Shown piece by piece: positions 22,336-32,000 of a DNA stretch of 32,000 nucleotides. Position 1 is the first letter of the stretch, and each line of letters opens with the position of its first letter. The notes under the pieces were generated by a model, which was given only the letters and a program-made list of their open reading frames with translations, searched no databases and was not told the origin of the DNA. Both the position numbers and the translations under genes were made by a program. Origin of the DNA: Methanothermus fervidus DSM 2088 (GTDB lineage: Archaea; Methanobacteriota; Methanobacteria; DSM-2088; Methanothermaceae); the NCBI GenBank assembly GCA_000166095.1, contig CP002278.1, positions 360,001 through 392,000 on the forward strand, written 5' to 3'.

Positions 22336-22785
22336 TCATGCAAGGCTGGACACCACAACCTCTATGAAACATGGTCCTACATCTGCTTTATCTTTGTAGA
22401 CAACAACAAATATACCTATATTATTTTTTCTTGCCAGCTTATATTCTACAATAAAATTCATTTGTTCAAAAGTCTCTTTAAGCTTTTCAATTCCCATAAA
22501 ATCTGATTCAGCTTCTGGATCTATCTCTAATCTTATATTATTGTCCATCATAGCTAAAATATTTGAACCTTCTCCAGACATTAAATCTACTTCTTTAGCA
22601 TCTAATTTTTCAAGTAATTTTTCTAACTCTTTTTTTATTTTTTCTCTATCCATTTTTTTACGAGATGCCCCCCTGACAATTAAAATTTTTTGAGAATCAA
22701 AAAGTGGTTTTGAACCCTCAAAAGCATTGAAATGTAATAGTATCTCCTTTGCAACATTATGTATACCTATCACATAGACACCCAT
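22336..22785 (-). CDS. DUF356 family protein (methanogen-associated, unknown function)
   Basis: Recognised from family pattern (ILIVRGASRKKMD...; MDNNIRLEIDPEAESDFMGIEKL...). No database check. Confidence 0.7.
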   Translation of the reverse strand: MGVYVIGIHNVAKEILLHFNAFEGSKPLFDSQKILIVRGASRKKMDREKIKKELEKLLEKLDAKEVDLMSGEGSNILAMMDNNIRLEIDPEAESDFMGIEKLKETFEQMNFIVEYKLARKNNIGIFVVVYKDKADVGPCFIEVVVSSLA

Positions 22786-22788
22786 TAG

Positions 22789-23736
22789 TTATTGTTCTTT
22801 ATTTTTGTTAATTTCATATCTCAATTCTTGCAATGTGGCAACTCTTTCTGCAAATGCATTGTGTTGATGTATACTTTCTTCATTTACTTGTCTAACTGTA
22901 ACTATGGTATTATCTGGTAAATAGGAAAATTTTTCCACTATTTTATATAACATCTCCCTAACAGAATCCTCAACAAACATTGGTTTCTTATGTGCCATTT
23001 CTACAACTTTACTTTCATCAGGTCTTTTAAGTAACTCATAAACAGGTGAACTCATAGAACTCTCAATTATTTCTATTATGTCTTCTCCACGAACTTCATA
23101 ATTTTCAGGGACTTCTATCATTATAGTGCCTCTACTTCTTTGGTTATGAGAAGCTACTGTAACATTCTTCATCACTTTTTCTACAGTATTTTCATCTAAA
23201 AACTTTAACAATCTCTGCTTATTTAATTCCTTTAGTAGTTCTTGTGCACATGGACAAACAGTTATTCCTGTTACTTCGGCACCTATCATTTTTCTTATTT
23301 TAACATCGTTTCCGTTTCTAAAACCAACAGCATTTGCTATTATTTTTACCATTTCTTGGCTCTTATTGTTTGTTACTGGTGTCCTTCTTACAATTGCAAA
23401 ATCGCTTTCCATATTAACTTCTGCTCTTTGAGCATATTTGTGTTTTTTAAGTAATAAACTTGCAATTTTTGCACATAAAGACTCTAACTCTATATTTATA
23501 CCATTTACAGCTTCTTCTATTACTTCACTGATTGCTTCTGGATTTCTAGACATATGAATTCCTCTTTTACTACTTGGAAGATCTACAAAAGCATTGAAAA
23601 CTGGTAACATTATTATAGGTCTTTTATTTTTTCTTTCAATTTTTACAAGTTTTTTAACACCTGTAACCCCCACCCTTGTTAAAGATATGGGGATTTTGGG
23701 CAATTCGTTTTGTGTATCTGGGAAGCATGTGCTCAA
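22789..23736 (-). CDS. mptA: GTP cyclohydrolase IV (methanopterin biosynthesis)
   Basis: SLTRVGVTGVKKLVKI; FVDLPSSKRGIHMSRNPEAI; GAEVTGITVCPCAQE; VASHNQRSRGTIMIE; ESIHQHNAFAER. Start probably TTG 23736 (LSTCFPDTQ); ORF opens at 23751. Confidence 0.92.
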   Translation of the reverse strand: MSTCFPDTQNELPKIPISLTRVGVTGVKKLVKIERKNKRPIIMLPVFNAFVDLPSSKRGIHMSRNPEAISEVIEEAVNGINIELESLCAKIASLLLKKHKYAQRAEVNMESDFAIVRRTPVTNNKSQEMVKIIANAVGFRNGNDVKIRKMIGAEVTGITVCPCAQELLKELNKQRLLKFLDENTVEKVMKNVTVASHNQRSRGTIMIEVPENYEVRGEDIIEIIESSMSSPVYELLKRPDESKVVEMAHKKPMFVEDSVREMLYKIVEKFSYLPDNTIVTVRQVNEESIHQHNAFAERVATLQELRYEINKNKEQ

Positions 23737-23738
23737 AA

Positions 23739-24416
23739 TTAACCACCCCAAAATTTAGATAATTTATGTAAGTCAATATCTTTAGGATCTTCACAGAACA
23801 TGACTTCAGCATTGTATAATTCTTTAGCTCTCTTAGCTAAAAGTTTTCCACTTTTATCTTTCTGAACTACAACTAATATTTTTTCAAAATGTTTTATTTT
23901 ACGTGATATTTCATTTTTAATGACTTTTATCCGTTTTTCAATATTTTTCAATGCATGTTCTGGGATGTTTGGATTTATTTCTTTCATGTCTTCTAAAGCT
24001 AAAGGTACTCCTGCAACTATTATTTGTCTTGGATCTACTCCAATATCTTGTAATCTTTTTTTAATTCTTGTATTTTGTGTAACTATCAAAATTTCTTTGG
24101 GTATTTCCTCTTCAACAGTTTTTATAACATCAAAATCTGATAATATTTTCTCTATTTTCTTTTTTACAAACATCAAATTATTACAAAATTCTTGAGCATC
24201 TTTACCTTTAATTTTTCTTGAAGGTAAAGTTTTATAAATAAAAGTTTCAGACTCTAACAACTTATTTATTGCATCATTGAGAGTTTCTATATCTATTTGA
24301 CCTTCTTTAACTTTATTTATTGTGATTTTATCTTTGCTTTTTATTTTAGGTTTGGATTTGCTAGCTTTTTTAATTAATCTTTCGCATTGTTTTATTCTTA
24401 TTCTATCCATCTTCAT
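23739..24416 (-). CDS. Conserved methanogen hypothetical protein, DUF2100-like
   Basis: IRIKQCERLIKKASKSKPKIKSK...; EEIPKEILIVTQNTRIKKRLQDIGVDPRQIIVAGVPLALEDMKEINPNIPE. Family assignment from memory only. Confidence 0.55.
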   Translation of the reverse strand: MKMDRIRIKQCERLIKKASKSKPKIKSKDKITINKVKEGQIDIETLNDAINKLLESETFIYKTLPSRKIKGKDAQEFCNNLMFVKKKIEKILSDFDVIKTVEEEIPKEILIVTQNTRIKKRLQDIGVDPRQIIVAGVPLALEDMKEINPNIPEHALKNIEKRIKVIKNEISRKIKHFEKILVVVQKDKSGKLLAKRAKELYNAEVMFCEDPKDIDLHKLSKFWGG

Positions 24417-24420
24417 ACCT

Positions 24421-25470
24421 CTATATTTTGAAAAAATTGGATATAATACTTTTTATTTCAGAATATAATTTTTTAACTCTTATTTTAACTTTTTTAGGTT
24501 CTTTAAATCCATCCAAAATTCTCAAATTTGAAAACTGATCCATCCCCAATAATTCAGGATTTGAATATAATATAAACATTAAATTTGAATATTTTAATGC
24601 TTTTAAATTATAGCCCCCCTCTAACACGCACATAATAGGTAAATTAAATTTTCTAAGGAATTTGGCGATCCATGCGTAAAATTTTTCAGTTAAATTAATA
24701 CTACCTAAAGGATCCCTTTTGTGTGCATCAAAACCTGCCTCTATTAATATTATTTCTGGCTTAAAATCATCGATTATTGGTGGGATAATTTCACTTAATA
24801 TCCATATGTAATCATTATCATCAGAGTTAGGAGGCATGGGGATATTTATATTATATCCTTCTCCTTCATTTTTACCAATTTCATCTATAAATCCGCAGCT
24901 AGGAAATATTGTTTTAGGATCTTGATGTATGGAAATGTATAAGACGCTAGGATCTTCATAATATATTTCCGCTGTTCCATTACCATAATGAAGGTCGAAA
25001 TCCAATATTAAAAAATTTTTAAATTTATTTCTCAAATTTTCAAGTCCTATTGCCAAATTATTAAAAATACAAAAACCCATGGCCTTATTTTTTGTTGCAT
25101 GGTGTCCCGGTGGTCTTGATATGGAATATACCCACTTTTTACCATTTATTATTAATTTTGATGCTTCTATTGCTCCACCAGCAGCCAGAGAAGCAACATC
25201 ATATGTATAGGATGTGGCATATGTATCAAAGTCTAAATAGCCTCCTCCTTTCTTACAAAATTCCTTTATGTAATTAATATAATGAAGTTCGTGAACTTTT
25301 TTTAAGTCATCGATTTTTGCCCTTTTTGGTTTATATACTTCCAAATGCTTAATAATTCCCTTTTCATGTAAAATATTTAATATTGCCTCAGTTCTATTTT
25401 TATTTTCGATATGATTTGGATTGTTATGAAGATTATATTTTTTACTATATATTATTGACATTATGATCAC
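24421..25470 (-). CDS. Histone deacetylase / AcuC-family deacetylase-like protein
   Basis: ISRPPGHHATKNKAMGFCIFNNLAIG; FLILDFDLHYGNGTAEIYY; IEAGFDAHKRDPLG; LEGGYNLKAL. Confidence 0.93.
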   Translation of the reverse strand: MIIMSIIYSKKYNLHNNPNHIENKNRTEAILNILHEKGIIKHLEVYKPKRAKIDDLKKVHELHYINYIKEFCKKGGGYLDFDTYATSYTYDVASLAAGGAIEASKLIINGKKWVYSISRPPGHHATKNKAMGFCIFNNLAIGLENLRNKFKNFLILDFDLHYGNGTAEIYYEDPSVLYISIHQDPKTIFPSCGFIDEIGKNEGEGYNINIPMPPNSDDNDYIWILSEIIPPIIDDFKPEIILIEAGFDAHKRDPLGSINLTEKFYAWIAKFLRKFNLPIMCVLEGGYNLKALKYSNLMFILYSNPELLGMDQFSNLRILDGFKEPKKVKIRVKKLYSEIKSIISNFFKI

Positions 25471-25490
25471 TTAATCAAGACTATCAATCA

Positions 25491-25976
25491 CTAACTATTG
25501 CCCTCCAATATTTCACATGAATTCATGTTTTCCTTTACAACATTTAGTACAATTTGTGTATATGTGCGTACAACTTTTGGCTCTTTAAGTAAATTTTTAA
25601 TAAAATTATCTAATTCACTAGTATTTTTAAATCTAGCAATTATTACAACATCAAATTCTCCCGTGACATCATATATGCACAATATATTCTTATTAGATGA
25701 ATATGATTTTAGATCCTCTAAAAACCCACTTTTTGCTTTTATACCTATAATGACTGTGAGATCATAACCTAATTTTGAATGATCAATAACTGGCATGAAC
25801 TTCTTTATTACACCTTTATCCATCAGTTTTTTAATTCTGTTATGTACAGTGCCAACTGAAATATTTAATTTTCTTGATATTTCTCGGTAAGACATTCTTC
25901 CATCGTTATTTAGCAAATTTATTATTTTTTTATCTATCTTATCCAACATAACGTTGTTTTTATTTTTTGGAGACAT
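25491..25976 (-). CDS. Lrp/AsnC family transcriptional regulator
   Basis: LDKIDKKIINLLNNDGRMSYREISRKLNISVGTVHNRIKKLMDKGVIKKF HTH; RAM-like C-terminal domain. Confidence 0.94.
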   Translation of the reverse strand: MSPKNKNNVMLDKIDKKIINLLNNDGRMSYREISRKLNISVGTVHNRIKKLMDKGVIKKFMPVIDHSKLGYDLTVIIGIKAKSGFLEDLKSYSSNKNILCIYDVTGEFDVVIIARFKNTSELDNFIKNLLKEPKVVRTYTQIVLNVVKENMNSCEILEGNS

Positions 25977-26020
25977 TCCACCACTCTCTGAACAATTTAT
26001 AAAATTATTTTTTATTTTAT

Positions 26021-26067
26021 TTATTTGTTTAATTTAAGATAAATATTTAACATTATTTGTTTAAACA
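26021..26067. promoter_or_regulatory. Candidate operator region: 12-bp direct repeat pair plus 10-bp palindrome
   Basis: TTATTTGTTTAA at 26021-26032 and 26053-26064 (32 bp start to start). TGTTTAAACA palindrome at 26058-26067. Lies between divergent lrp-like and hypA genes. Confidence 0.4.
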
Positions 26068-26096
26068 GAATATTGTTGTTTTTTATTTAATAAAAA

Positions 26097-26109
26097 TCTA
26101 TATATAAAG
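26097..26109 (+). promoter_or_regulatory. Putative TATA box for hypA-hypB
   Basis: TCTATATATAAAG upstream of hypA; AT-rich archaeal box A-like element. Confidence 0.5.
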
Positions 26110-26182
26110 TTAGCACAAATATTCAACCAAGTCATAAGAACCACGGCTTTTTAAATATATTATTTTTTGTGGAGGAAAATGA

Positions 26183-26557
26183 ATGCATGAAGTCTCAATG
26201 GCAAATGCTATTGTTGAAACTGTAATTAATTCTGCCAAAAAAAATAATGCTAATAAAATTTTAGAAGTGAAGATCGAAGTTGGTGAATTAACATTGTTAA
26301 ATCCAGAACAGCTAAAATTTTGCCTTGAAACTTTAAGTAAGGATACTATTCTAGAAAATACAAAGTTTAAAATACAAAAAAATCCTGCAAGAATTTCTTG
26401 TAATTGCTGTGGTTATGAAGGTAAGGTAAAAATAGATGATAATTCAGATCACTATTTGGCATTTGTTTCCTGTCCTAAATGTGGATGTATGGATATAAAA
26501 ATACTTTCAGGAAGAGAATGCAATGTAAAGAGTATAAAAATTGAGAAGGGGGATTAA
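26183..26557 (+). CDS. hypA: Hydrogenase nickel insertion protein HypA
   Basis: N-terminal MHEVSMANAIVETV (nickel-binding His2); zinc motifs CNCCG and CPKCG. GGAGG upstream. Confidence 0.95.
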   Translation: MHEVSMANAIVETVINSAKKNNANKILEVKIEVGELTLLNPEQLKFCLETLSKDTILENTKFKIQKNPARISCNCCGYEGKVKIDDNSDHYLAFVSCPKCGCMDIKILSGRECNVKSIKIEKGD

Positions 26558-27211
26558 ATGCATAAAATAGCTGAGGTAGAGGTAGAAAAGGATATAATAA
26601 TGGCAAATAAAAAATTAGCAAGGAAAAACCAACGTTTATTAAATCAAAAAAATGTTTTTGCCATCGATGTCCTAGGAGCCATTGGTTCTGGAAAAACAGC
26701 TCTAATTGAAAAATTGATAGAAAAAATGAACAAAAAAATTGCTGTTATAGCAGGAGATGTCGTAAGTAAATATGATGCCAAAAGAATTGAAAAACTTAAT
26801 GTACCAGTGGTGGGTGTGAACACTGGTAAGGAATGTCATTTAGATGCCCATTTAGTTGAACATGCACTAGAAGAAATACCTTTAGATGAAATTGAAGTAT
26901 TGTTTATTGAAAATGTAGGAAACTTAATCTGTCCTGTAGATTTTGAATTGGGATCACATCTAAGAATGGTCGTGATAAGCACTTCTGAAGGAGATGACAT
27001 AATAAAAAAACATCCTCATATATTTAAAGAGGCTGACATTGTAGTAATAAATAAGATAGATATCGCAGAATTTGTAGGTTCTGACATAAATAAGATGGTT
27101 AAAGATGTGAAAAAACTTAATCCTACTGCCAAAGTTATTAAAACTTCTGTAAAAACTGGTGAAGGTATAGACGATGTAAAGAATGCAATACTTGAATTTA
27201 TGGGCAAATAA
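26558..27211 (+). CDS. hypB: Hydrogenase nickel incorporation GTPase HypB
   Basis: P-loop GAIGSGKTALIEKL; NTGKECHLDAHLVEHAL; ENVGNLICPVDFELG; NKIDIAEFVG. Confidence 0.96.
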   Translation: MHKIAEVEVEKDIIMANKKLARKNQRLLNQKNVFAIDVLGAIGSGKTALIEKLIEKMNKKIAVIAGDVVSKYDAKRIEKLNVPVVGVNTGKECHLDAHLVEHALEEIPLDEIEVLFIENVGNLICPVDFELGSHLRMVVISTSEGDDIIKKHPHIFKEADIVVINKIDIAEFVGSDINKMVKDVKKLNPTAKVIKTSVKTGEGIDDVKNAILEFMGK

Positions 27212-27221
27212 TGGTGAAGAG

Positions 27222-28318
<1,097 letters not shown>

Positions 28319-28341
28319 ATCAAAATATATGTAAATAAGAC

Positions 28342-29001
28342 CTAAATATAAATATTACGTTTTTTTACTTTTAAATTTTTTGCGGTGTTTGTTGCTAAGA
28401 TATGTGCCAATCTTACTGGTTCAGGTACTTTATACCTAATTAATTTTGAAATTATTTGTTCACAGGTCTTAAGAGACACTTTATGTCCTACACTCACATA
28501 CACATCTCCCACTTTTACTCCTAAAACTTCACCTTGATAAAATATTTTATTATTCTTTACTTTTGCACCTCTTATCAATTTTTTTGCTACACCTATACTT
28601 GGGATATCTAATAAAACTCCAACATGAGAAGCAAGTCCAAAACGTCTTGGATGTAATATTCCATTTCCATCCACAACTAACACATCAAAATTATTTTTTA
28701 ATTTTTTAATTACAGATATTATAGCATCTGCCTCCCTAAATCCTAAAAAGCCAGAAATATATGGAAAAAATAAATTAGTTATTTCTGTCTTTTTTTCAAT
28801 AATTTTTAAATCGTTAAAATCAACTATAACTGCAGCAGAAACTGCAAAATTATTTACAGAGAATGATACATCTACTCCGGCAACTGTATTAACTTCATCT
28901 AAATAATTTTTCCTTATAACCTTTTTTGAAAGATTGGACTGTATATTTGCTAACTCATCCAACAATCTATAACTTATCATCTTTAAGCTGCTTTCAGCCA
29001 T
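28342..29001 (-). CDS. nfi: Endonuclease V
   Basis: NTVAGVDVSF; VVDGNGILHPRRFGLASHVGVLLDIPSIGVAKKLI. Start could be ATG 29016 or ATG 29001. Confidence 0.93.
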   Translation of the reverse strand: MAESSLKMISYRLLDELANIQSNLSKKVIRKNYLDEVNTVAGVDVSFSVNNFAVSAAVIVDFNDLKIIEKKTEITNLFFPYISGFLGFREADAIISVIKKLKNNFDVLVVDGNGILHPRRFGLASHVGVLLDIPSIGVAKKLIRGAKVKNNKIFYQGEVLGVKVGDVYVSVGHKVSLKTCEQIISKLIRYKVPEPVRLAHILATNTAKNLKVKKRNIYI

Positions 29002-30334
29002 TCTGAAGCTTTTCAACTATTTCTTCACAAGCAGGTACAAAAGGATCAACCACAGTTGACAATGGTGGTGCATAAGAAAATTCCATTTCACATAAATCGC
29101 TACATTTCAAATGTTGTGAAATTGCAATTGACATTGCATCTATTCTTTCTGAAACTCCCTCTTTTGCAATTACTTGGCATCCAATTATCTTTCCATCCTT
29201 ATTACATACAATTTTTACATAAATCCTTTCAGCTCCTGGATAATATCTAGCCCTTGTAAGAGCTTTACTCATACCACATACTGCCTCTATATTATGATAT
29301 TTAGCATTAATCTCTGTCATTCCAACTGATCCAAATTCTAGATTACCTATACGTGATACCATAGCATTCAATACTGGACGAAATCTACACTTCTTACCTA
29401 TGATATTTTTGGCAGCTACTTTTGCTTGTCTAACTGCAGTTGATCCCAATGGAGATAATGTATTTTCACCTGTTATGAAATCTTTTACCTCAACACAATC
29501 TCCAACCGCATAAATATTTCTCACAGAAGTCTGCATTTTCTCATTTACTTTTATTCCCCATTTTCCTATTTTAATCCCTGCTTTTTTTGCTAAAGATATA
29601 TTAGGTTTAACACCTGTTGCCAATAATACCATATCGGTATTAATTTTTTTATTATTTAATTTTACAGCGTTTACTCTTTTTTCACCTATTATTTTTTTTA
29701 CGGTTTTACCAACTAATACATTTACTCCTAATTTCTCCAAATATTTTTGAATTATTTTTGCCATTTCAGGATCTAAAGATCTTGGAACAACTTGTGAAGC
29801 CATTTCTATAATATCAACTTCCGGTATTAAATGTTTTAATCCATATGCCATCTCTATTCCTATAAGACCAGCGCCAATTACTGTCGCATGTTCACAATTT
29901 TCTGCCCATTTTTTTATTTTAATTCCATCTTCAAGAGTTCTAACTGTAAAAACACCTTCTAGATTAACACCAGGTATTGGAGGGACTGCTGGAATTCCAC
30001 CAGTAGCTATAACAAGATAATCATATTTTAGTTCTTTTATTTTTGTATCATCAAGTCTTTTATATTTAATTAAGTTCTTAGTAGGTGAAATTTCAATTAC
30101 TTCTGTTTCAGTTAATATATTAATATCTTTATCCAAATAATATTCGATATCATGCATTATAATTTCATCAAAGCTTTTTATTTTCCCTGAGAGGACATAA
30201 GGTATTGCACAAGGAGAATAAGCAACATATTTATCTTTTGTGATAACTATTATTTCGATTTCTTTGTTGTATTTTCTTATATTAGAAGCTGTGGATAACC
30301 CACCTGCACCACTGCCAATTATGACCACTCTCAT
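28994..30334 (-). CDS. FAD-dependent pyridine nucleotide-disulfide oxidoreductase (NADH oxidase/CoA-disulfide reductase-like)
   Basis: VVIGSGAGGLSTASNIRK; SPCAIPYVLSG with a single redox Cys position; ATVIGAGLIGIEMAYGL; NIYAVGDCVEV. Confidence 0.92.
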   Translation of the reverse strand: MRVVIIGSGAGGLSTASNIRKYNKEIEIIVITKDKYVAYSPCAIPYVLSGKIKSFDEIIMHDIEYYLDKDINILTETEVIEISPTKNLIKYKRLDDTKIKELKYDYLVIATGGIPAVPPIPGVNLEGVFTVRTLEDGIKIKKWAENCEHATVIGAGLIGIEMAYGLKHLIPEVDIIEMASQVVPRSLDPEMAKIIQKYLEKLGVNVLVGKTVKKIIGEKRVNAVKLNNKKINTDMVLLATGVKPNISLAKKAGIKIGKWGIKVNEKMQTSVRNIYAVGDCVEVKDFITGENTLSPLGSTAVRQAKVAAKNIIGKKCRFRPVLNAMVSRIGNLEFGSVGMTEINAKYHNIEAVCGMSKALTRARYYPGAERIYVKIVCNKDGKIIGCQVIAKEGVSERIDAMSIAISQHLKCSDLCEMEFSYAPPLSTVVDPFVPACEEIVEKLQNG

Positions 30335-30348
30335 AACGTCACCTTACC

Positions 30349-31497
30349 CTAAAAAATGATACCTTTTCCAATACTGAATGTAATATTTATAAGGACTATT
30401 AAAACCAATATTATGCCAATGCAATTTGTTATAGATTTTGCAACATCTTTTGAAATATTTAAATGTTTTAACAATTCTTCAAACATCAATCCACCATCTA
30501 AAGGCTTTATAGGTAGTAAGTTAAAAGATCCTATCCCTAAATTTAAAATTTGTATCCAAGAAAGTAATATACTAAACTCTAATAAAAATGAAAATAATGG
30601 TGCATAACTTTCAAGTCCTTTTTTAGGTACATAATTTTCCATACTTCTTATACCCATATATCCTCTTTTTGGATCTTCCGGTTTATGAGCCGTGACTAAA
30701 GTATATGTTCCTTTATCAGTCTGAATTTTTATTTTTTCACCTGGTTTTAATTTACTTACTACTGCAAAATAGCTTGAAAAATTATTTGTGGGGTGATCAT
30801 TGATAGCATGTATAACCATCCCACTTTTTAAAACCTTCGATGCAGGGGATCCAGGTACAACATCTGTAATTTTCATTCCATCTGGATGAAGTGCTGCAGG
30901 AATTATAAAATTTCCAATTAAGAAGGCAATTGCTAAACATATTAATGCTAAAGTGATGTTTGCAACCGACCCTGCAGCATATATCCTAAGTTTAGATATT
31001 CTTTTAGCTTTTTTCATGTCATTTTCATCAGGCTCTACAAATGCTCCAGGAAGTATGGCTAAAAGCATTACTCCAATAGATTTTATTCTAACTCCTTCTA
31101 CTCTGGCTAATATTCCATGTGCTAACTCATGCACTACTAAAACAGTTACTAATGCTATTATTCCATACCCTAAAGGCACATATATCTGTGATCCGGGCAT
31201 GTCAACGCCAGGCACGACAACTGAAACTGCAGGTTTTTTAAATACTGTTTTTAATGAATAAAAAAGAAATACTGTTGTCACAACCATGGTAATAAATGCA
31301 ACCACAATTCCAACATTCATATACCATTTCCAGAATTTTTTATGTCTTTTAGCGATTCTATCTATAAATTCTCTCATTCTTTTTGTTTTTCTCATCATTA
31401 ATAATCCATGAATTTCAATTTTCAATTTGTCCCTAAAGATTATTCCAAATGTCCAAACAATGAGAAAAAATATCAGATAAAAATGCAAAGCATCCAT
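30349..31497 (-). CDS. Site-2 protease family (M50) membrane metalloprotease with PDZ domain
   Basis: VLVVHELAHGILARVEG zinc motif; KITDVVPGSPASKVLKSGMVIHAIN PDZ; NLLPIKPLDGGLMFEE second motif. Confidence 0.94.
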   Translation of the reverse strand: MDALHFYLIFFLIVWTFGIIFRDKLKIEIHGLLMMRKTKRMREFIDRIAKRHKKFWKWYMNVGIVVAFITMVVTTVFLFYSLKTVFKKPAVSVVVPGVDMPGSQIYVPLGYGIIALVTVLVVHELAHGILARVEGVRIKSIGVMLLAILPGAFVEPDENDMKKAKRISKLRIYAAGSVANITLALICLAIAFLIGNFIIPAALHPDGMKITDVVPGSPASKVLKSGMVIHAINDHPTNNFSSYFAVVSKLKPGEKIKIQTDKGTYTLVTAHKPEDPKRGYMGIRSMENYVPKKGLESYAPLFSFLLEFSILLSWIQILNLGIGSFNLLPIKPLDGGLMFEELLKHLNISKDVAKSITNCIGIILVLIVLINITFSIGKGIIF

Positions 31498-31499
31498 TA

Positions 31500-32000
31500 T
31501 TACACCCCTAATGTAAATGAATTAAATAATATTACATCACATTCTTCACCTTTATATATACCTTCAACATTTTCATCCACTACTATATAACAGTTTGCTT
31601 TCACCATAGATCTTATTATACCAGAGCCTTTACTTAAAATTGGTGTAACATATTTGTCATCTGCAATGCCTCTAACAAAAGTTGTTCTTCCCAGGCTTGA
31701 TATTATCTTCTTCTTTGTTATTCTTTTAACTATTTGATGTTCAAAATCTATGCCTTGCATCCTAAGGAGGTAAGGTCTTACAAAAATATCAAATTGTACC
31801 ATTGCAGCCACTGGATATCCTGAAAGCATGAAAATAGGTGTACCATCAATTTTTCCAAATGCCATGGCTTTTCCTGGTTGTATTGCAGTGCCATGGAAAA
31901 ATACTTTACCAATCTCATCTACAGTGTCTACAACAATGTCACTTTCACTCACTGCGGTTCCACCAGTAGTTATTATTAAGTCATATTTTTCTTTAGCTTC
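31500..32000 (-). CDS. moeA: Molybdopterin molybdenumtransferase, 5' truncated by window end
   Basis: Frame remains open past the listed start (EAKEKYDLIITTGGTAVSESDIVVDTV); IQPGKAMAFGKIDGTPIFMLSGYPVAAMVQFD is typical MoeA. Confidence 0.9.
   Translation of the reverse strand, partial: EAKEKYDLIITTGGTAVSESDIVVDTVDEIGKVFFHGTAIQPGKAMAFGKIDGTPIFMLSGYPVAAMVQFDIFVRPYLLRMQGIDFEHQIVKRITKKKIISSLGRTTFVRGIADDKYVTPILSKGSGIIRSMVKANCYIVVDENVEGIYKGEECDVILFNSFTLGV

Overview
This 32 kb window is AT-rich, densely packed archaeal chromosome from a methanogen. The methanogen call rests on CoM genes comC/comD/comE, the F430 gene cfbC, the F420 gene cofG, the methanopterin gene mptA, and DUF356. Gene content suggests Methanobacteria/Methanococci-type Euryarchaeota; this is inference and no database was searched. 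The content is mostly housekeeping: pheT, an Sm-like protein, rpl37e, purF, a U32 peptidase, queC, pycB, purM, the aCPSF1/FttA ribonuclease, psmB, purP, taw2, an HDAC-like protein, an Lrp regulator, hypA/hypB, endonuclease V, a CoADR-like flavoenzyme, an S2P protease and moeA. Two tRNAs lie on the minus strand: Leu-GAG and Ala-GGC. I see no CRISPR array, transposon, phage region or defence island. The most interesting items are: (1) a secreted protein with a caspase/gingipain-like (clan CD) His/Cys motif pair; (2) a TOPRIM plus long coiled-coil protein between rpl37e and purF; (3) a DUF371 ORF that ends inside the antisense of tRNA-Leu; (4) a 361-bp non-coding gap with inverted repeats between purP and psmB; (5) methanogen-restricted unknown genes (DUF356, DUF2100-like) packed with mptA and cofG; (6) a 12-bp direct repeat pair and a palindrome between divergent lrp and hypA; (7) very tight or overlapping gene junctions. 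No clearly novel multi-gene defence-type system is visible.
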